Source: Callorhinchus milii
Taxonomy: Eukaryota
Reading direction: 5' to 3'
DNA: 64,000 nt
Assembly (NCBI RefSeq): GCF_018977255.1
Contig: NW_024704759.1
Coordinates: 7,068,001 to 7,132,000, forward strand
Shown: one piece after another, positions 38,501 to 53,500 of the stretch
Numbering within the stretch: the first letter of the stretch is position 1
How the letters are laid out: every line of letters begins with the position of its first letter
The notes under the pieces: model-generated
Database searches by the model: none
Told to the model about the DNA's origin: nothing
The model's input: only the letters and a program-made list of their open reading frames with translations
Translations under genes and position numbers: made by a program

Positions 38501-41500
38501 TACAATGTACAACAATGTTTATACACGCACATTTTACAGGTACATGGGAAAATCTGAGAAATGAAACAAAAATTCAATTGGCTACCAACCTCTAAATAGC
38601 AAGATAAATAATTTACATTCTTGTTCTTCTAACATACACACTTCAGTACATTAAACAGAATCTTGTTCAAAGTCACAAATTGTAAAATGCAGTAAAACAC
38701 ACTCAAGTGCTTTAACGTCTAACTTATGATGAAATAACAAGCTGATTGGGATATAAACTAAGTGAACGTGTAAAGTAAATTCAAGATAATGGATTCAGCA
38801 TTCCAAGCAAGCGGTAGAGTATGAATGATGTCACTTACAGAGGTGAAGTCCTAAGGGTTTTCAATCAAGAATATATGCAAAATAAAAATAAAAAAACAAT
38901 ACCTTTATATATTATCGAGGTCGCATACAAAGCATATTACCTGCAGTTACCTGCACATTAGCATAAACATGCTATATTTAATATCCCATTTAATGTGGCA
39001 AACAGATGTTGAATTTGCACATTAATTCCTGTAAATCAGACACCTGTCCAGAACACAGTAACTTATTTGCATTAAAAAAGTACAATGCACATGGTCACGC
39101 TTCAGTTGTGAAATTCTTCCCCTTTTCTCGGTCAATTGAGAGAATACACCTCCCATCACTGATCACCTTATATTTAAAGCTATAGATTGTGATTTATTTA
39201 TTCACTGAGCCACTGGGAAAGTTCCCAACAATTCTTAATATGACAAATGTCAATTTTAATAGATATTTAATTAAGAGTTATATGCATTTAAAACAAGTTT
39301 GTGGAATGTAAGTTCAAACATGTAAAAACACATTTTATTGGTTAATCAATGATTTTGTATTTTGGGAAAAGGTGTCAATTTTTAATTCATCTGTCCAATT
39401 TATAAAGAGGTAAATTTGCCTCATCGTCTACCTTTTTCACCGCCAGAGATGGATCCTGACTGAGAAGATCAGTCAAAGCTGCTAACTGTCCACTTGCTGC
39501 ACACTTCAGCCATTCCTTTTCCAAAGGATCCAACTGTAAAAATGAACCAAGCAGAAGTACAGCCCATTTAAAGCACAATTCTTAAAATCAATGAGAATGT
39601 TATCCTACACACAGATCAGTTTTAATGCAACCCAATGGAGTACAATTCACAAGAAAATGCTCCAGACTAACATACCCAAATTTTGAGGATGACTGAACAG
39701 CCCAAGGTGTTGGAACTTCAGCACACTGTACCACATACTGTCATAATGCTGAATAGTGTTCATAACTCCCACCTACTGAGCTCCTGATCTCAACCACAAC
39801 ATGAAGATGTGGCAAGCAGTTGCCAGGCACTTTCCCACAGCAAAGATGGAAAATCTGAGCCTCATCAGCCCAGGCTACTTCAGTGTACCTCCTGGCAGGA
39901 AACTCCGCATTGGGATAGTAATGAGATCAGGTTTGGCCAGGATAGGGCATAACACAGGAACAATTGATAGGAATAGGAAGAAAACTAATTTAGAAATAAT
40001 ACATAACAGGAAGCCTAATTTATACTTCAGCCACTATCAGCCACAATCTGCAAATAGAAGAGTCTAAGACAAATGTGACTTTTTGCTGTACCATAACCTC
40101 AAATTCCACAACACACTAATAATAATGATTATGGAGTATTGCTTTAAGAGCAAGCAGAGTCATTCTTTTTCCAGTTGCAGTGCTCCAAGGATCAAATAGC
40201 GTGTTTATATTACCAAGTCTATGCCGCAATATGTCCAGGATAGATTGCTGTCTCGCATGAATGGTGAAGTAGAGACCCACCCACCCCACCATTGGCGGGA
40301 GAGCCTTCAGCCACTCTGCGCCCAACCTCTGGAATTCCATCCCCAAGTCACTCCGCCTCACCCCCTCCTTAAAGTCCCCACCTCAAGACCCCCCTCTTCG
40401 ACTATCCCATCGGCCACCACCCTTGCCCTCCCTTACCCCCCCAAACCCCAGTTCGGGTCTGAAATGCTGTACTCTGTCCAGCGCCTTGGGACGTCCTCCC
40501 GACGTGAAAGGCGCTATACAAATGTAATCTTGTGGTTGTTGTAGTAGAAATCCAGCTGAATTATGCACTTCAATCTCATCAACATGAAAACTTATTCTTT
40601 GGGGTATGTTTCATACTGGTATGAGTTTGGAAGCACTGCAATGTAAACTTGGCAAGATCCCAAGCTTGTTTTGTCGACTGTTTTAAACAGTGAGCCTTCT
40701 GTCTGCGTGGATTTTGTTTTCAGAGATGACTCCGCTTATGGACATGCAAGTTCTAAAGACCTGACCTGCCAGGAGGGTTTACATTATGTAACAAATCATA
40801 AATGTTAATTGTTCAAAATTACATATACGTACCATTAATATGAAACTAATCCTCTTCCCATTTTATAGAATGATTTCACTTTATGTTTACTTCCCTGGCA
40901 TGTCTACCTCTTCCCTGTTCCATCTCATCAGTTTCTTACTTGATCACTTTGAATGCACGTGTACGTGAATGGCAGTCAAAACACACAATCCTTACTTTTC
41001 GACTCCCGCTGAGAAAGAGCAATGTGAATGGAGACAATCCACCTCATTCAGTATTCAAAACAGACATTGCACTAGCATGCTAATTATGCCAACTCTGGTA
41101 TCCGTTTGGAGTACTAAGCTTTCTGAACTCTGGCAATGTCTGAATAATATGCTCTCAAAAGTAGTTCTGAACATTCAAGGTTGTGCCCATCCTTATACAG
41201 AACCACATCAATAGCACAAGCTAGTCCACAATCAGAAGGGGAAACTTCAGTCTAACCTGAAGCACTTCAATGCCAGGGCAATGCCTCAAATTATTAGAAA
41301 CTAAAATCATAAATTTTAGAAATGTCAGCTTTTTGAAATGCTGGACTGTGTAATGTAACACTACTTGAATCAGAGTGTTACCGCAGAGAAATAGGCCATT
41401 CTGTCCATCTAGCACGTACTATTTTATGGCAAAAAGTTAGTGACCCATTTTCTCAGCCACAATTTATTACCAAAAACAGGGTATGATTTGTCCTAGACTG

Positions 41501-44500
41501 TCCTGACTCAGACATTGGACTGAACAAAATACAAGAATTATATTTCTTGTATCCTGGCAGGGCGAAATGTTGGACACGTTTCCTTACTCCACACGCCTCT
41601 GTTTACCTAGCAGTAAGTAGGAACCTGGTTATTAGTCGATTGACGGATCACTTTTGCGGGGGGTAATAATTCCTTCAAAAATATTAATTGGAATATAATA
41701 TAAAATGGTCACTCAATCCACGACTGTTTGTGGGACACTGCTGTGTGCAATTGGCTGCCATGTTTCGCCCACAAAATATACAGTTAATTCACTTTACAGT
41801 ATATTCTGTGATGCGCTTTGAGACTTTTCAAAGACATGATAAGGCGCTATATCAAACACAAGGATTATTATTGTATTTAGTAAATTTAGTTGAAATGGAT
41901 GACAAATCTGATGAACAAATTGCAGCTTCCACCTTTGATGGCAATATTAGAGGTACTTACAAAATTACAATAGGGCAAATTGCAGTTTTCTGAAATAATC
42001 TTACATCATAAAGTTTTTTTAAAATCTGGAAAGCTCTTCTGGAGCAATTCCAGAAGTCTATTTGGATAAATACAAAATAGAGGTGAAATTACAGAGAGAA
42101 CATCTGAAAGCTTGGCTAAGAGAGAAATGCCCCACTGTGAATAGGATTAGTCAGTCATGCAAACAAGATCAATGCTGAGGATTAAAAACAATTAAAAAGA
42201 CTGTATGAAATATGGTACTGTTGGTCCTAACAAAATATAAACAAAATATAAAGCCGGTTGTTCTCTGGAAGGCAGGAATTCCTTTGAAGAATTATTCAGT
42301 TTCTTTTCTAAATTAGCAGACACCCGACCCAATCATGCCACAATATGTCAGGTTTCAATTACTGAGCACCAATTAAGGCACAGTGACAGGTGTGATTTAC
42401 TGTACCATTCATTGACTTTCCAGCAAAATACAAAATCGTATATAGCATTTTTCTTCAGCCTGGAACTGGTGATAAAGTTTTGTAATCCCAAATCACTGCC
42501 CTGTTTTTACTGTTCCTTGGAAACTGGAACACTTCCAGTTTGCAAGCATGCTCCAATTTACAACTGACAACATAAAGCAGATTGCCTGTGAATTGGAATC
42601 TCATGGACCCGCTGATATTGGTGCTCCGTAGAACCCATTTCAGTTGGATTGAAGCCCAAACTAAAATCTCCCTACAACCACCTGTTCCAGAAGCTTAACA
42701 AAAATTGAAAAAGGTAACCACCTCAGTGGCTGCTGAACTACAGAAAATATTAGGATGGTTGCAAAATGTACAAATTCTGTTAAAATAATCTCTTTCCTCC
42801 TCTGCAGGCATTTGACTGATATCCTACATCTACTTCATGTTTACCAAATATTCTGGCACAATCAGAAACTGCTTTGTTTTCACATCTTGAACTTTTCTTC
42901 CTTTCCCCTCCTTTACAACTTGTATCTGTAAATTAATGTCAGATTTGGTGGTGTTCATATTTCGATACAACACATTTTACTAGCATATAAGCAAGCGTTT
43001 AAGAGTAGACCGACCAGTGGGGCAAGAAGGTGAAAGGACATCTCCTTGACCACTCTCCCATTAAATCTAATCAGAGCATTGCCCAAGCTTTGTGGATGTA
43101 TTAACAAAACAATCACAACTGAGGAAATTTAAATGTTGTCGATCACAACTGAGTATGTTTAAATGTTGCCTTGAAATTTAATTTCTCCACCCATATCCAA
43201 CACTGACAGCATAATTATCCCACAAATGACAGGATTGCCCCCTACTCAAATGCTGATAGGAGGCCAAGGTGGATCAACTAGGGTAGTCATTAGAAACCTA
43301 AAGCTGGGGAATATTCCCACCTCTGATGTAGTGTGAACCTTGACATTCAGTGTTGGTAAAACTATTTGACTAGTTTGTAGCGGAGGGGAGGAGCATTGCA
43401 ATCAAGTCTGGATTGGTTGTCATCCAAAAATATCTACACATGTAAACTTCTATTGGTATCGCTGTACAGCAATCCGGGGCTGAAACCGTGGTGGATTCAG
43501 TGTCCTCTCTAACCACTGGGCTAAGATCAATGTTGCAATTCCAGTTAACCCATTTCGGATCACACAGAAAAGACTGGGGATCAAACCCAAGACATTTCCA
43601 GACAGCAATGCTCACTGAATAAATTTGCTAAGCCATCAGTCTGAAACATCTCATTTAACTATACCTGCACAATCTTCAGATTTCACTAGACATACATTGC
43701 TCGGATTAACAACACAATAGTAACCCTACAGTTACCAACAACAACTCTGTAATAAATTATTTGAAGAGAATGTTTACCATCAAGTATGGTGAAGAAATCC
43801 AAAGCCATCTTTTTTCTCTCCACAGTTTTACCAATCTGTTTAAACTGGATAGCAGAACTTCAATCCTTCAATATTCACGGCTCGGCTCCACTGAATGAAT
43901 AAACCTCACCTTACACATAGTACTGCACTTGCAATGATTATCGCAATGACTGGAAAGTCTTTGGTCAGTGGTATGAAAACATTCACCACTATAGGCCAAG
44001 TGCAGGTTTTATGCGAAAGGCAAAGCTTATTTAGGTGCCACTGGTTGCAATGTGTCATTTCAGTGGAAAAGGAAATACAAACAAATACGAAATGAGTCAA
44101 CAATAAAAGAATTAAAGATGTTGCAGAATAGAAGTGAAGAGCAGAAAGAGAACAGAATAAAACAGAAATGAATGCAATATGATAAAAGGAATGACAAAAA
44201 TATTCAATCTATAAATAACTTTAAGGTCAAACAATTATACCTTAAATTTGGTCTTTCATGTTTGGAAAGATGTCTTGAATAACTTCAGAGAATATACTGT
44301 AAAGTGTAGTGACTGAGGCAAACATAATAGCCAATTTTGCGCACAGCAAAGTCTTACAATAATAAACCTTGCATTTGATATAGCACTTTTCACGTCTTCC
44401 AGATGTCTCAAAGCATTTCACAGAGTAGACTGTAAAGTGAATTGACTGTATATTTGTGGGCGAAATGCGGCAGCCAATTGCACACAGCAGCGTCCCACAA

Positions 44501-47500
44501 ACAGTCGTAGATTGAAGTGACCAATTTATTATTGGGTTTTTTTGAGGAACTATTATCAGGCGTGTGGAGTAAGGAAACTTGCCCAAGGTTTCGCCCTGCT
44601 GGGAATCAAACCCAGGTCTCTCGCTTGCGAGGCGAGTGCTCTAACCACTGAGCTACAGGACTCCACGACAAACATCGATGATGTGAGTGACCAGTTTTAT
44701 TGGGGGATTGTTGTCCAGAACACAGGGAGAAATCTCCTTCTCTTTTCAATATAGTGGCATGGAATCATTCACATTCACCTGAACAGGTAGATGGAACCTC
44801 AGTTAATGTCATAGAAGAACAGCACCTCCAATATTGCTGCATTGCAGCATCAGCAACATGGATTCCAAGCCACACTATGAGGCTTGAAACCACAACCTTC
44901 TGACTTAGAGATGAGAATGCTACCAAATGAGCTAGGCTGGCATACCTCTTCAATACCTTTAACACAATGTTTGAAATGAATTAGAAACTGATGGGAAATG
45001 GCAATTTCCTTGGATTTAAAACAGGGTGTATTCACTAAAACCTATATCACAGAAAAAATGTGCAAAATATTGTAGTTTCACGCTCGGCTTGTAGGCAAAG
45101 ACTGGCCGACAAACCAGTTTCAAAGCAGTTGTTCCCCATTTTTAAAATCATGTAAACTTTGCAAGATATACATCAGCAAAGTCCTGCCTGAAAACTTTCC
45201 TCTTTGAGCATGCTTACAGCCACTTCCCCCCACCTCCCGGTTCGGAATCAGGCTCCGCCACTGTTAAGTGCTCTGAGACGTTAGCCTGCATGGTGGGCGC
45301 TATATAAGTGCAAGTTGTTGTTGTATTTTAGGGAAAAAAAAATAATCACTTTATTGGTCTCTTAATTAGCCAACTTCAAGATAGTTTTTTGTAATTCCCT
45401 TGACTGTTTTAATTACAACTGATTTTTCATAATTGGAAGTTTTACATAAATTACAAATGAACAAAAAATCACGGCATGACTGAAAAGAACATAAAATCAG
45501 ATATAAAGTAGGTTGTTGGCAGTATCCCAGTCAGGTTTAGCTTTTGTCCCTGTCTGATGGATTCTTGCATAACATTATTATTGACAGAGTTAAAGTATTA
45601 GGGGCAGTTTTTGATGTGCCCAGTAATAAGATCTAATTTGCTGATCATTTTTTGCAATCATAGTTGCTTTAATGTCACCACTTTAGTGTAATTGCTTGTT
45701 GGAATAATATACTGCACATCCATAAGGCCGCTTTACACATTCCCAGAATAAAATTTATTCAGTATCAAGGGATTACACCGAGACTTATTCACTGCATCCC
45801 ATTCAGCGACGATTGACCCAATGCTAATGAAAACAGATCCTGGCGGACTATTAACAAGCTTGGCTCATGCCTTTATGATGAATGATCTTTCAAAATCTGT
45901 ACCCGTGCAAAGCTGATTTTACACTTACTGTTCTAAATATATTTCAAAATCAATAAGTTAATAAATCAATAACAAATTCAGGACTTGCTCACAAAACAAT
46001 GTTTACCTTTTCCCTGTGTAAGTATAAAGAGTGTTTACAGTGGTGCCAAAACTCAGTGCGACACTCATACTCCAATTTATGTGTCTGTGCATGCTTACTT
46101 CAAACAGCCCATTGAGCAAGTGACTGACTGACTTGACATTTGCTTTCCATGTAAGCACCTTCAGATGTCTACCATCAGATGTCTACAAAGGTACTTTCAA
46201 ATATTCTCTACCATTCTCTGCTAAGTATTCTCAGATGTTTGCTTTACTGGGTTAGTCTTTTCTTCAGATCACCACATGTTAAAGATGAGTTACATGAATT
46301 GAACAGTATTACATAATAGGGAGCTCAATGGACATAGTAAGAGCATTATATTGAAAGTAAATGCTGATTAGAAATGTGCTAACATAGCTGTCATCACTCA
46401 AAAGTTTGGATGAGATCATAAAAGCAAGAGTGAAGCTCAAGCAATTTAGGTAAAGGGATTTCTTAATTACAAAATCTGAATGAGAAAATGACTGTTTTCA
46501 TTTCCAATTCGTAGAAGGTGCATATAATGAGTCATGTCTAGATAACAGTAAGAATGAAATATTTTGTGTGTTCACAGCATAATTTTCAGCTATAACAATC
46601 AAAATATCCAACTCCATTTTGTTGTAAACAACTTTGATCAAGTTAGTTATCATAGGGAGAATATAAGAGGGTATGGGGACAGCAAGGAATTGGGATTACA
46701 GTAGTAAGAATTTTTACATGAGGTACCATCAATTTAGTTTGAAGGGTCGAGTGGCATGATGTAATTTCTATGATGAGAACTGGAACTTCAATAAATACTT
46801 ACAGCAACAGATGCCGACTCGATACTTCCATCTTCAAATTGATTCTGGTCTGAATCGTCCTAAATGAAACAAAAAATACAGCTATAAAGATTTTCACTTA
46901 AGTACATCACTTATTTTACGGTTGAACTTTTATTACCTTCGTTTTTGCCAAATGCCAGCAACAGCTATGTCTAATATATATAAAGTAGATTTGCAAAAAA
47001 TATACAGGACATTTAATACATTGCAAGTTTCAAATCCATCAATATAACAAACGCAACACTCATTTAGAAACACTAAAAAAAATTGTAGCTTTTCTGTGAG
47101 GTCGCGGTATGCTAAAGGATATTCCTCTTTTAATTATAACTCTATATTTTAGTTTTCCTGTGACGCACATTATTCTCCGACCAAGAGCTGGTGGCCAGAT
47201 TTCTACCTATCCCAAGGAGGTAAAAACAGTATTCCAGAATTACTCAAATCATCCTTAATTTCTCTCCAATTTCCTACTCAAACCATCTCTTGAAGCAAAC
47301 TATTCTAGTGCATGACTCCAAAGATGCTGGGATGCAAATATTAGTGGGTTAATTTTCACACAACCAGCAATTCTGATCATGTTCTTTTCCAACATCAATT
47401 CAATCACGCTTCCAGCAAAGGTCCCCCAAAAGCATTCAGAAACAAGAACCCTATTTGGAGATACTAAGGCTAACTGCGGAACCTGCATTACAACTATCAG

Positions 47501-50500
47501 ATGGGATTAAATATGGGACATTAATATTAAATGTGTATGTTAAAATCAGTGTCCATGAAAAAATTGATGACACTAATGTTCAAAAATGTGTAAACACAAA
47601 AATGTAAACGTATATGGTCATTTTTAAAAGGAAACTGACCAAGATTTTCCCATTAACCTCCTTTTGCAAACACTGATTGTACTGGTAATCAGTTGCAGAT
47701 CTATGGGTTGAAATAATTTAACCTAAATCTCTTAACTTGGCTGTTTTCCCCTTACAAATGCTAGCCACAGGGGCCTCCAAGAGTTTTGAGAGTGGGCAGT
47801 ATTAGAATACTCAGGCTGGGGCAATAGTAGTTTGAATAAGTAACTTGGTAACTTTCAATTTTTTGATACTGCAGGTATACAGGATTATGGCAACCCAGAT
47901 GCAAGCTGCATCACATGATATTTTAGGTTATCTATAGTTCGAAACTCAGGACTTGAATTTGCAGGAGAGTTAAATGGACTTCAGTCCACAGTGAGGCAGA
48001 TATCCACACTAAAATCCTTGGTGTAGAAATAGATGATGACTTGATGGGTAAATGCATCGTGCTGTATGATAGAACCATACTTCTTACTTCAATTATAATT
48101 GTCATCAAGGAGCATTAACCAAAATGATTGACCTATTCTGAAATATCACACTAAGTGTTGTTGTTTTGTCCTTTTACTAAATATAAAGTGCTCTGCTATC
48201 ATTTGTGTGATAATAAATGTGGGCTATAAATGCAAATATTGAAAATAAAGATGTCCCTCCTTATATTCATACAAGTTTAAAAAAATCAAATTATTTCCAA
48301 TCTATTATACGGATGATTGTAATAGAAATCGCATTCAAAATCTCTCTCTCAATTTTGAATTATACCCCAGTTTAGTTAGACTTTATTAATTACAATTGCA
48401 TAGAGTCACGTGATAAAGAACACAACAGGATGAAGCATTTACATTAAATGACATCTCCAATTTAAAAAAAACAACGAATGAAAGTTTTATAGCTGATTTC
48501 AATTGGACATAGCACTGCTTACTTAAAAGAGGCTGTGGAGCGAGACAAGAAATTTCAACCACTCTTTGCCTGACCTTTTCTCTCTCTTAAAGTCAGCAAT
48601 GCATGCATGGAGTGGGTAGGATGGGTGCTGGAAGTTTTCCACAACCAACTGCCAATTCTTCACATATCAGCCAAATAAATGAATATCGGCAGGTTATGAC
48701 TGTGGGAAGCTTCACAGCCAAGCCACATCTTGTCACCATCAACGTGTACTTTCCAGTGGGGATCTTGGACAACAAACTGAATTAGAAATACTGGCTGATT
48801 TTTCTTCTTCCAAATTGATGCATCTTGGGGCCAATTGTGCTCAGCACTACTCTGGCTGAGATCAGCTAACTCAGCAGACTGTTGAATTGAAGCTAGAAAT
48901 TCTGGTCTGTGTTGACTGAGTAACACAGCAGGTGATACATTAACTCCCTGAGCCATGATGGGAACTTCTGTTCTAACAAATCTTTAAACAATACCCTGTG
49001 GTGGCAAAAAGCACTGACAGTAAGTTGCACCCTTAAAAAGAAAAAAACAAGTGCCATGGGATAATGACCGCTGTATAACGTTAGCCTTTTGATTTCCCAT
49101 CTGTCTTGCGAATACATTCATATTTTAGTAGAAACACTACATAACTAAAGCCAAAATACTGATGGATGACCCAAAGTTTGCCAATCATGTGGAAAATTTA
49201 ACTCACTCAGGACATGGATTGATGAATTAGAATATTATCCATACAGATAAATTATAGCTCACCCATCAATGTGTGCGATCCTTTCAATGTGCGCTTTGAA
49301 TTCACTTCTACTACAGTTATGTTAATGTTTCTCACAAGTAAAAGTAAAGTGCAAGAGCTGTCACTACAGATATGTGCAACATTTTAAGCTTTAAATGTAA
49401 ACCAAAGCATTCCTTTATCTTAAGCTTTTTTTAAACTGACCAAAATGTGAAATTTAATAAAAGTACTTATAGCACTTACACTCCAGGAAAAATATCACAT
49501 GATTGATAGTATTGTATTAGGTTCATTCATTTATTCACTATCTTCACAGCCAAGGTACACATACTGCAATAATCAGCAGTTATTGTATAAAATCCACCGG
49601 GAAAATTACTACTGCAATAAAAGACAACCTTGCACGTACTGCATCCATGAACTTTGCACCTTTTTTTTGAAATACCTCCACTGTTAATTTGGGAATTGAT
49701 CTTCAGTATGGAACCTGGTGCTTGTTAGGCATGAGGCAACAAAAACGCAACCCTTTTTGTGGCTTTAGTAACCTCGTAACCTTCATTTTTGAAAAGGGAG
49801 AAAGCAAATACTCTTTTTTTAAAAAGATCAATAACTGATATCAAAGCACAAGTCCTATCATTATGAAATCTGCATCGTTGGGCTATTAGATTATAAAGAT
49901 AAACTGAATTTGTATATGGAAGTTAGATGTAATTAAAAGTGAGTTTTGCATTTGACAAATTACATTAAAAGTTTAGTGTGCAGCACCTCAAAGAGCTCAA
50001 TTGGTAATTGCATTAACTATGTTGAACTGAAACAACCAGACTCAAAGGTTCTAGGTTTGTTCATGGTATCCCATGTTATTTAATCTCAGCTAGAGTTGAG
50101 CTAGGGAAATACAATTGGCCTGATATTGCCTGGGCTAGGAAGGGGAAAAGACGTGCCACCAGGATTCCTGCTCTTGATCACGCAATCCTGTCCTGAAGAA
50201 CAGGAATAGACTCAGCTATAATACTCCCAGCATTCAATACTCGGTGACAGGCTTACAAATGAAGAATTGCCATAATAGTGAGTTTATAGAAGTTGCTGAT
50301 AGAGCTATATTCCAGTACAGGAACTTCAGAAGAGGAAGCAGTAAGGATGTTCAGAACTCAAAGTATATACCGTATTAGGAGACAGTGACAGTCATGAACC
50401 TGAACTGCAACAAGCAGTATCAATACCATTACCATTCATTTCAGTTAACAAACTTTCCTCAGATATTATGAAGCTGTACAAGCACAAAATACAATTACAA

Positions 50501-53500
50501 TTTAAAATAGGAAATGCAGATTTGCTTCCCCTAAAAATTTCTCCATTAATTCAGTTGCACAGGGAACATAGCTCTTAATTTCAAACATTACCAAATTCCC
50601 AGGTGGTAAAGATTGTAAGAATGTTATTGTGAAGAAAGAACAATTAACATTAATAAATAAAATTAGGTGGCCTATTAGTTTTGCTGACTGGGGAGACAGC
50701 TAAGCTGTTCCATACAGTAGTATCTGTGACAGTGTAACAAAGGAAAAACAATCTGATAGCAATTAGCTTTGAAACTATGTTGTAATAAACGGCAATTTCC
50801 ACGTCAGTTTTATCAGTTAGAATTTACTTTGCCTCAGTGTTATAATTCTGACCTGCAGTCAAGCAGAACTTGGCTTCGATAGAAATGGCGGGCAGATCTG
50901 AAATTATTCTGGGCTACACAAACAAACCTCTGCCAAAATGCTAAACCCTGAAGCAATTATCATTCCTCCTAATTTGCTGCAATTTTACACAATTTCATTT
51001 AATGTTTGACTATTACTGATTCTATTCTAAATTGAAGTACTTTTCCATGATGCAGCATTTGAAATCTGGATGCACTGATCTGGACTCGACACTTTCTGAA
51101 AGCTAAAATTACATTACTATAACATTGGTCCATTCAGTCTCAATTTTTTCCCTCCTTTTCAGCAGGCACAAAGTCAAATTTACCCAAATCAAATTTAAAA
51201 GAACCAAAACTAATTGACTTGTCAGTTCAAAACTATTTGTATTCTAGTAAGCATCATCATAAACAGGTCAGAGATTACTGGTCATTTTAGAAATTAGGCT
51301 TGCACATCAACTGGGGTTTAACTCTTTAAGTGCTATCATTTGTAGCTTTTTGTAGCTTCCCACAGGCACCTGCTTTCTATCTTACGACAGCTGCAAAAAC
51401 ATTTCTGTGCATTTTTCTACTTTCCCTATCCCAGTATTAAATATACTGGAAAAATACTCTTAGCAATATTTTAAAAATGCATACATTCAAGCTATTTATT
51501 TGTTCACAATCCTGCAATGTCCCTCCCCTCTAGACCCCCCAACTTCATAATAGATTGTATGAGAACAGAGTGTAAGGTAAAGATTTAAACTTGCAAGCAT
51601 AGCTTAAGTCCTATCTTTATGATTATAAACGGTTATAATTTAGCGTGCCTCAATTTTTTAAACCATAATAATTCCTTGCAGTTGACATAATCTTTTTATG
51701 CAATATTAGAATTTCAGTTCCTAAAAATACCAGCAACTATGCCCTGAAACAATAGTTTAAAAAACCTTTATAATGTACAAAAACAGAACAGAAGATTTGG
51801 AGGGACTCTGCTTGCACGTACTCCCAATATAGGAATATCTCTGATGAGCCAGCTGCTAAAAGTTGCTGATCAACTGCATAAGAGTGTAGAAGTGTTAGTT
51901 ATCTTAACAAAGAACTTCTTGACCAGATTGATTGCATCAGGCACAAAACAGATGATAAAACAAGCCCTGGGTTGAGATTGCAAATCTCAACTGCATGCAA
52001 AATGCTGGATGCGGGTCAGTCAGGACCACCCAGCTTCTATGATCCCATACATGTTGGACATCTAGGGAGTATTGAGTTAGATTGAGGACAGGTTCCTTTC
52101 TTACAGCTCACATTTTTGTAGATGCCTACCTCAAAGTCAACTTCAACCTCAAACAAATCAACTTTGGCCTACAATTCAAATTCAGTGCATCCTTCCCAAT
52201 GGTTCTTGTGAGGTGGGTACGAGACCACTTAAAGTGCTGCTTTGTGCTTAAAGTACTCCCATCTTTTCTGTAAATTGCTCAAATTTGCCTATTTTTCTGT
52301 TTACTTTTCCCAAGATATTTATGTGCCACCGAATGGGGTATTTGAAGGGCAGTAAATTTTACATAACACATAGATTTTTAAAAGCATTAAAACGTGAGGG
52401 GTGGCAAGTAGTTTGTAAAATAATGTTTTTTTACAAGTATTATCATGAAAACAATAACAATGTACCATTAATCTGGCGACATTAGAAGTGATCAGAGACT
52501 CTATCCAGCGTGAAGGGCACTATATAAATGTAAGTTTTTGTTCCATTACAAAAGTAAAGGTAACAATTACATAAACCAAAATATAAAAACACTTATCAGT
52601 TATATATTTTAAATTACTTTGAAATAGGCATTGTTGCACATATCTACCACACAAAGAGTTCTAGTGTGTTCACCCACTGTAGCAAATTTTGCATTTCTTC
52701 ACACTCTTCAAGGTTCTTCATGTAAAGTACTAAAGTAAATTCCATTATAAACTGAATCCAATTACAGCTGCAGCGCAATACAACTTATATGGTGTTTTAA
52801 CACTGAGCATAAAACTAGCAGAGTTTGAGGAAGTCCTTGGAAAGAACCTTCTGCAGTCTTGAATTCTTTTTGTAATCAATATAAACCAAGAGTTCATTTA
52901 CAGTATCAAAATAGCTTTGATATTCAATAACATTGCAACATTGCTGAGTGAGATACTTGCCAGGTTTGAGCAGATTAAGCTGCCTTCCTTCCAATTCTGT
53001 CTCCAGTAATTCCCGCATGTCCATTCAAATAGGACAAAGCTCACAAAAGTATTTACTTTCAGATGGCTCCTAATTAAATAAATTATACTCTTCATAGAAA
53101 AACATTTCAACTGTCTTGTTCAGAGGGCAGATTTACAGGGCTGAATAGAGGACCACTGTACTTTTTGATAGTATTAATTTAAGTTACATCTCCCTTATGA
53201 TTCAGGTGGATGTGTTATTTCAAACAAACGTGGAATCATTCTTCCTGATACCCTGGCTCATATTTCCCTCTTCAAAATTGACCCCGAAATTCAAATAAAT
53301 TAGCTACTTTTGTTGCGCACGAGACGTTGCTGACATATATTTGTATTGTATTTGCTTCATTAACATTGTTTCTAATCAGTTTAATTTGTAAAACATTTAT
53401 AGATATTTATTTTACACGAAAGACATTATATAAAAGTAATCTTATCAGATTATTAAAGAGAACATTCTTCCAACTGACCTTTAGCACACTCTCTGCTTCA

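Noticed and set aside
51040-51102. Possible extra Sowah exon between exons 4 and 5
   Set aside because: An acceptor-like site is present, but there is no good in-phase donor before stop codons and no recognisable motif.
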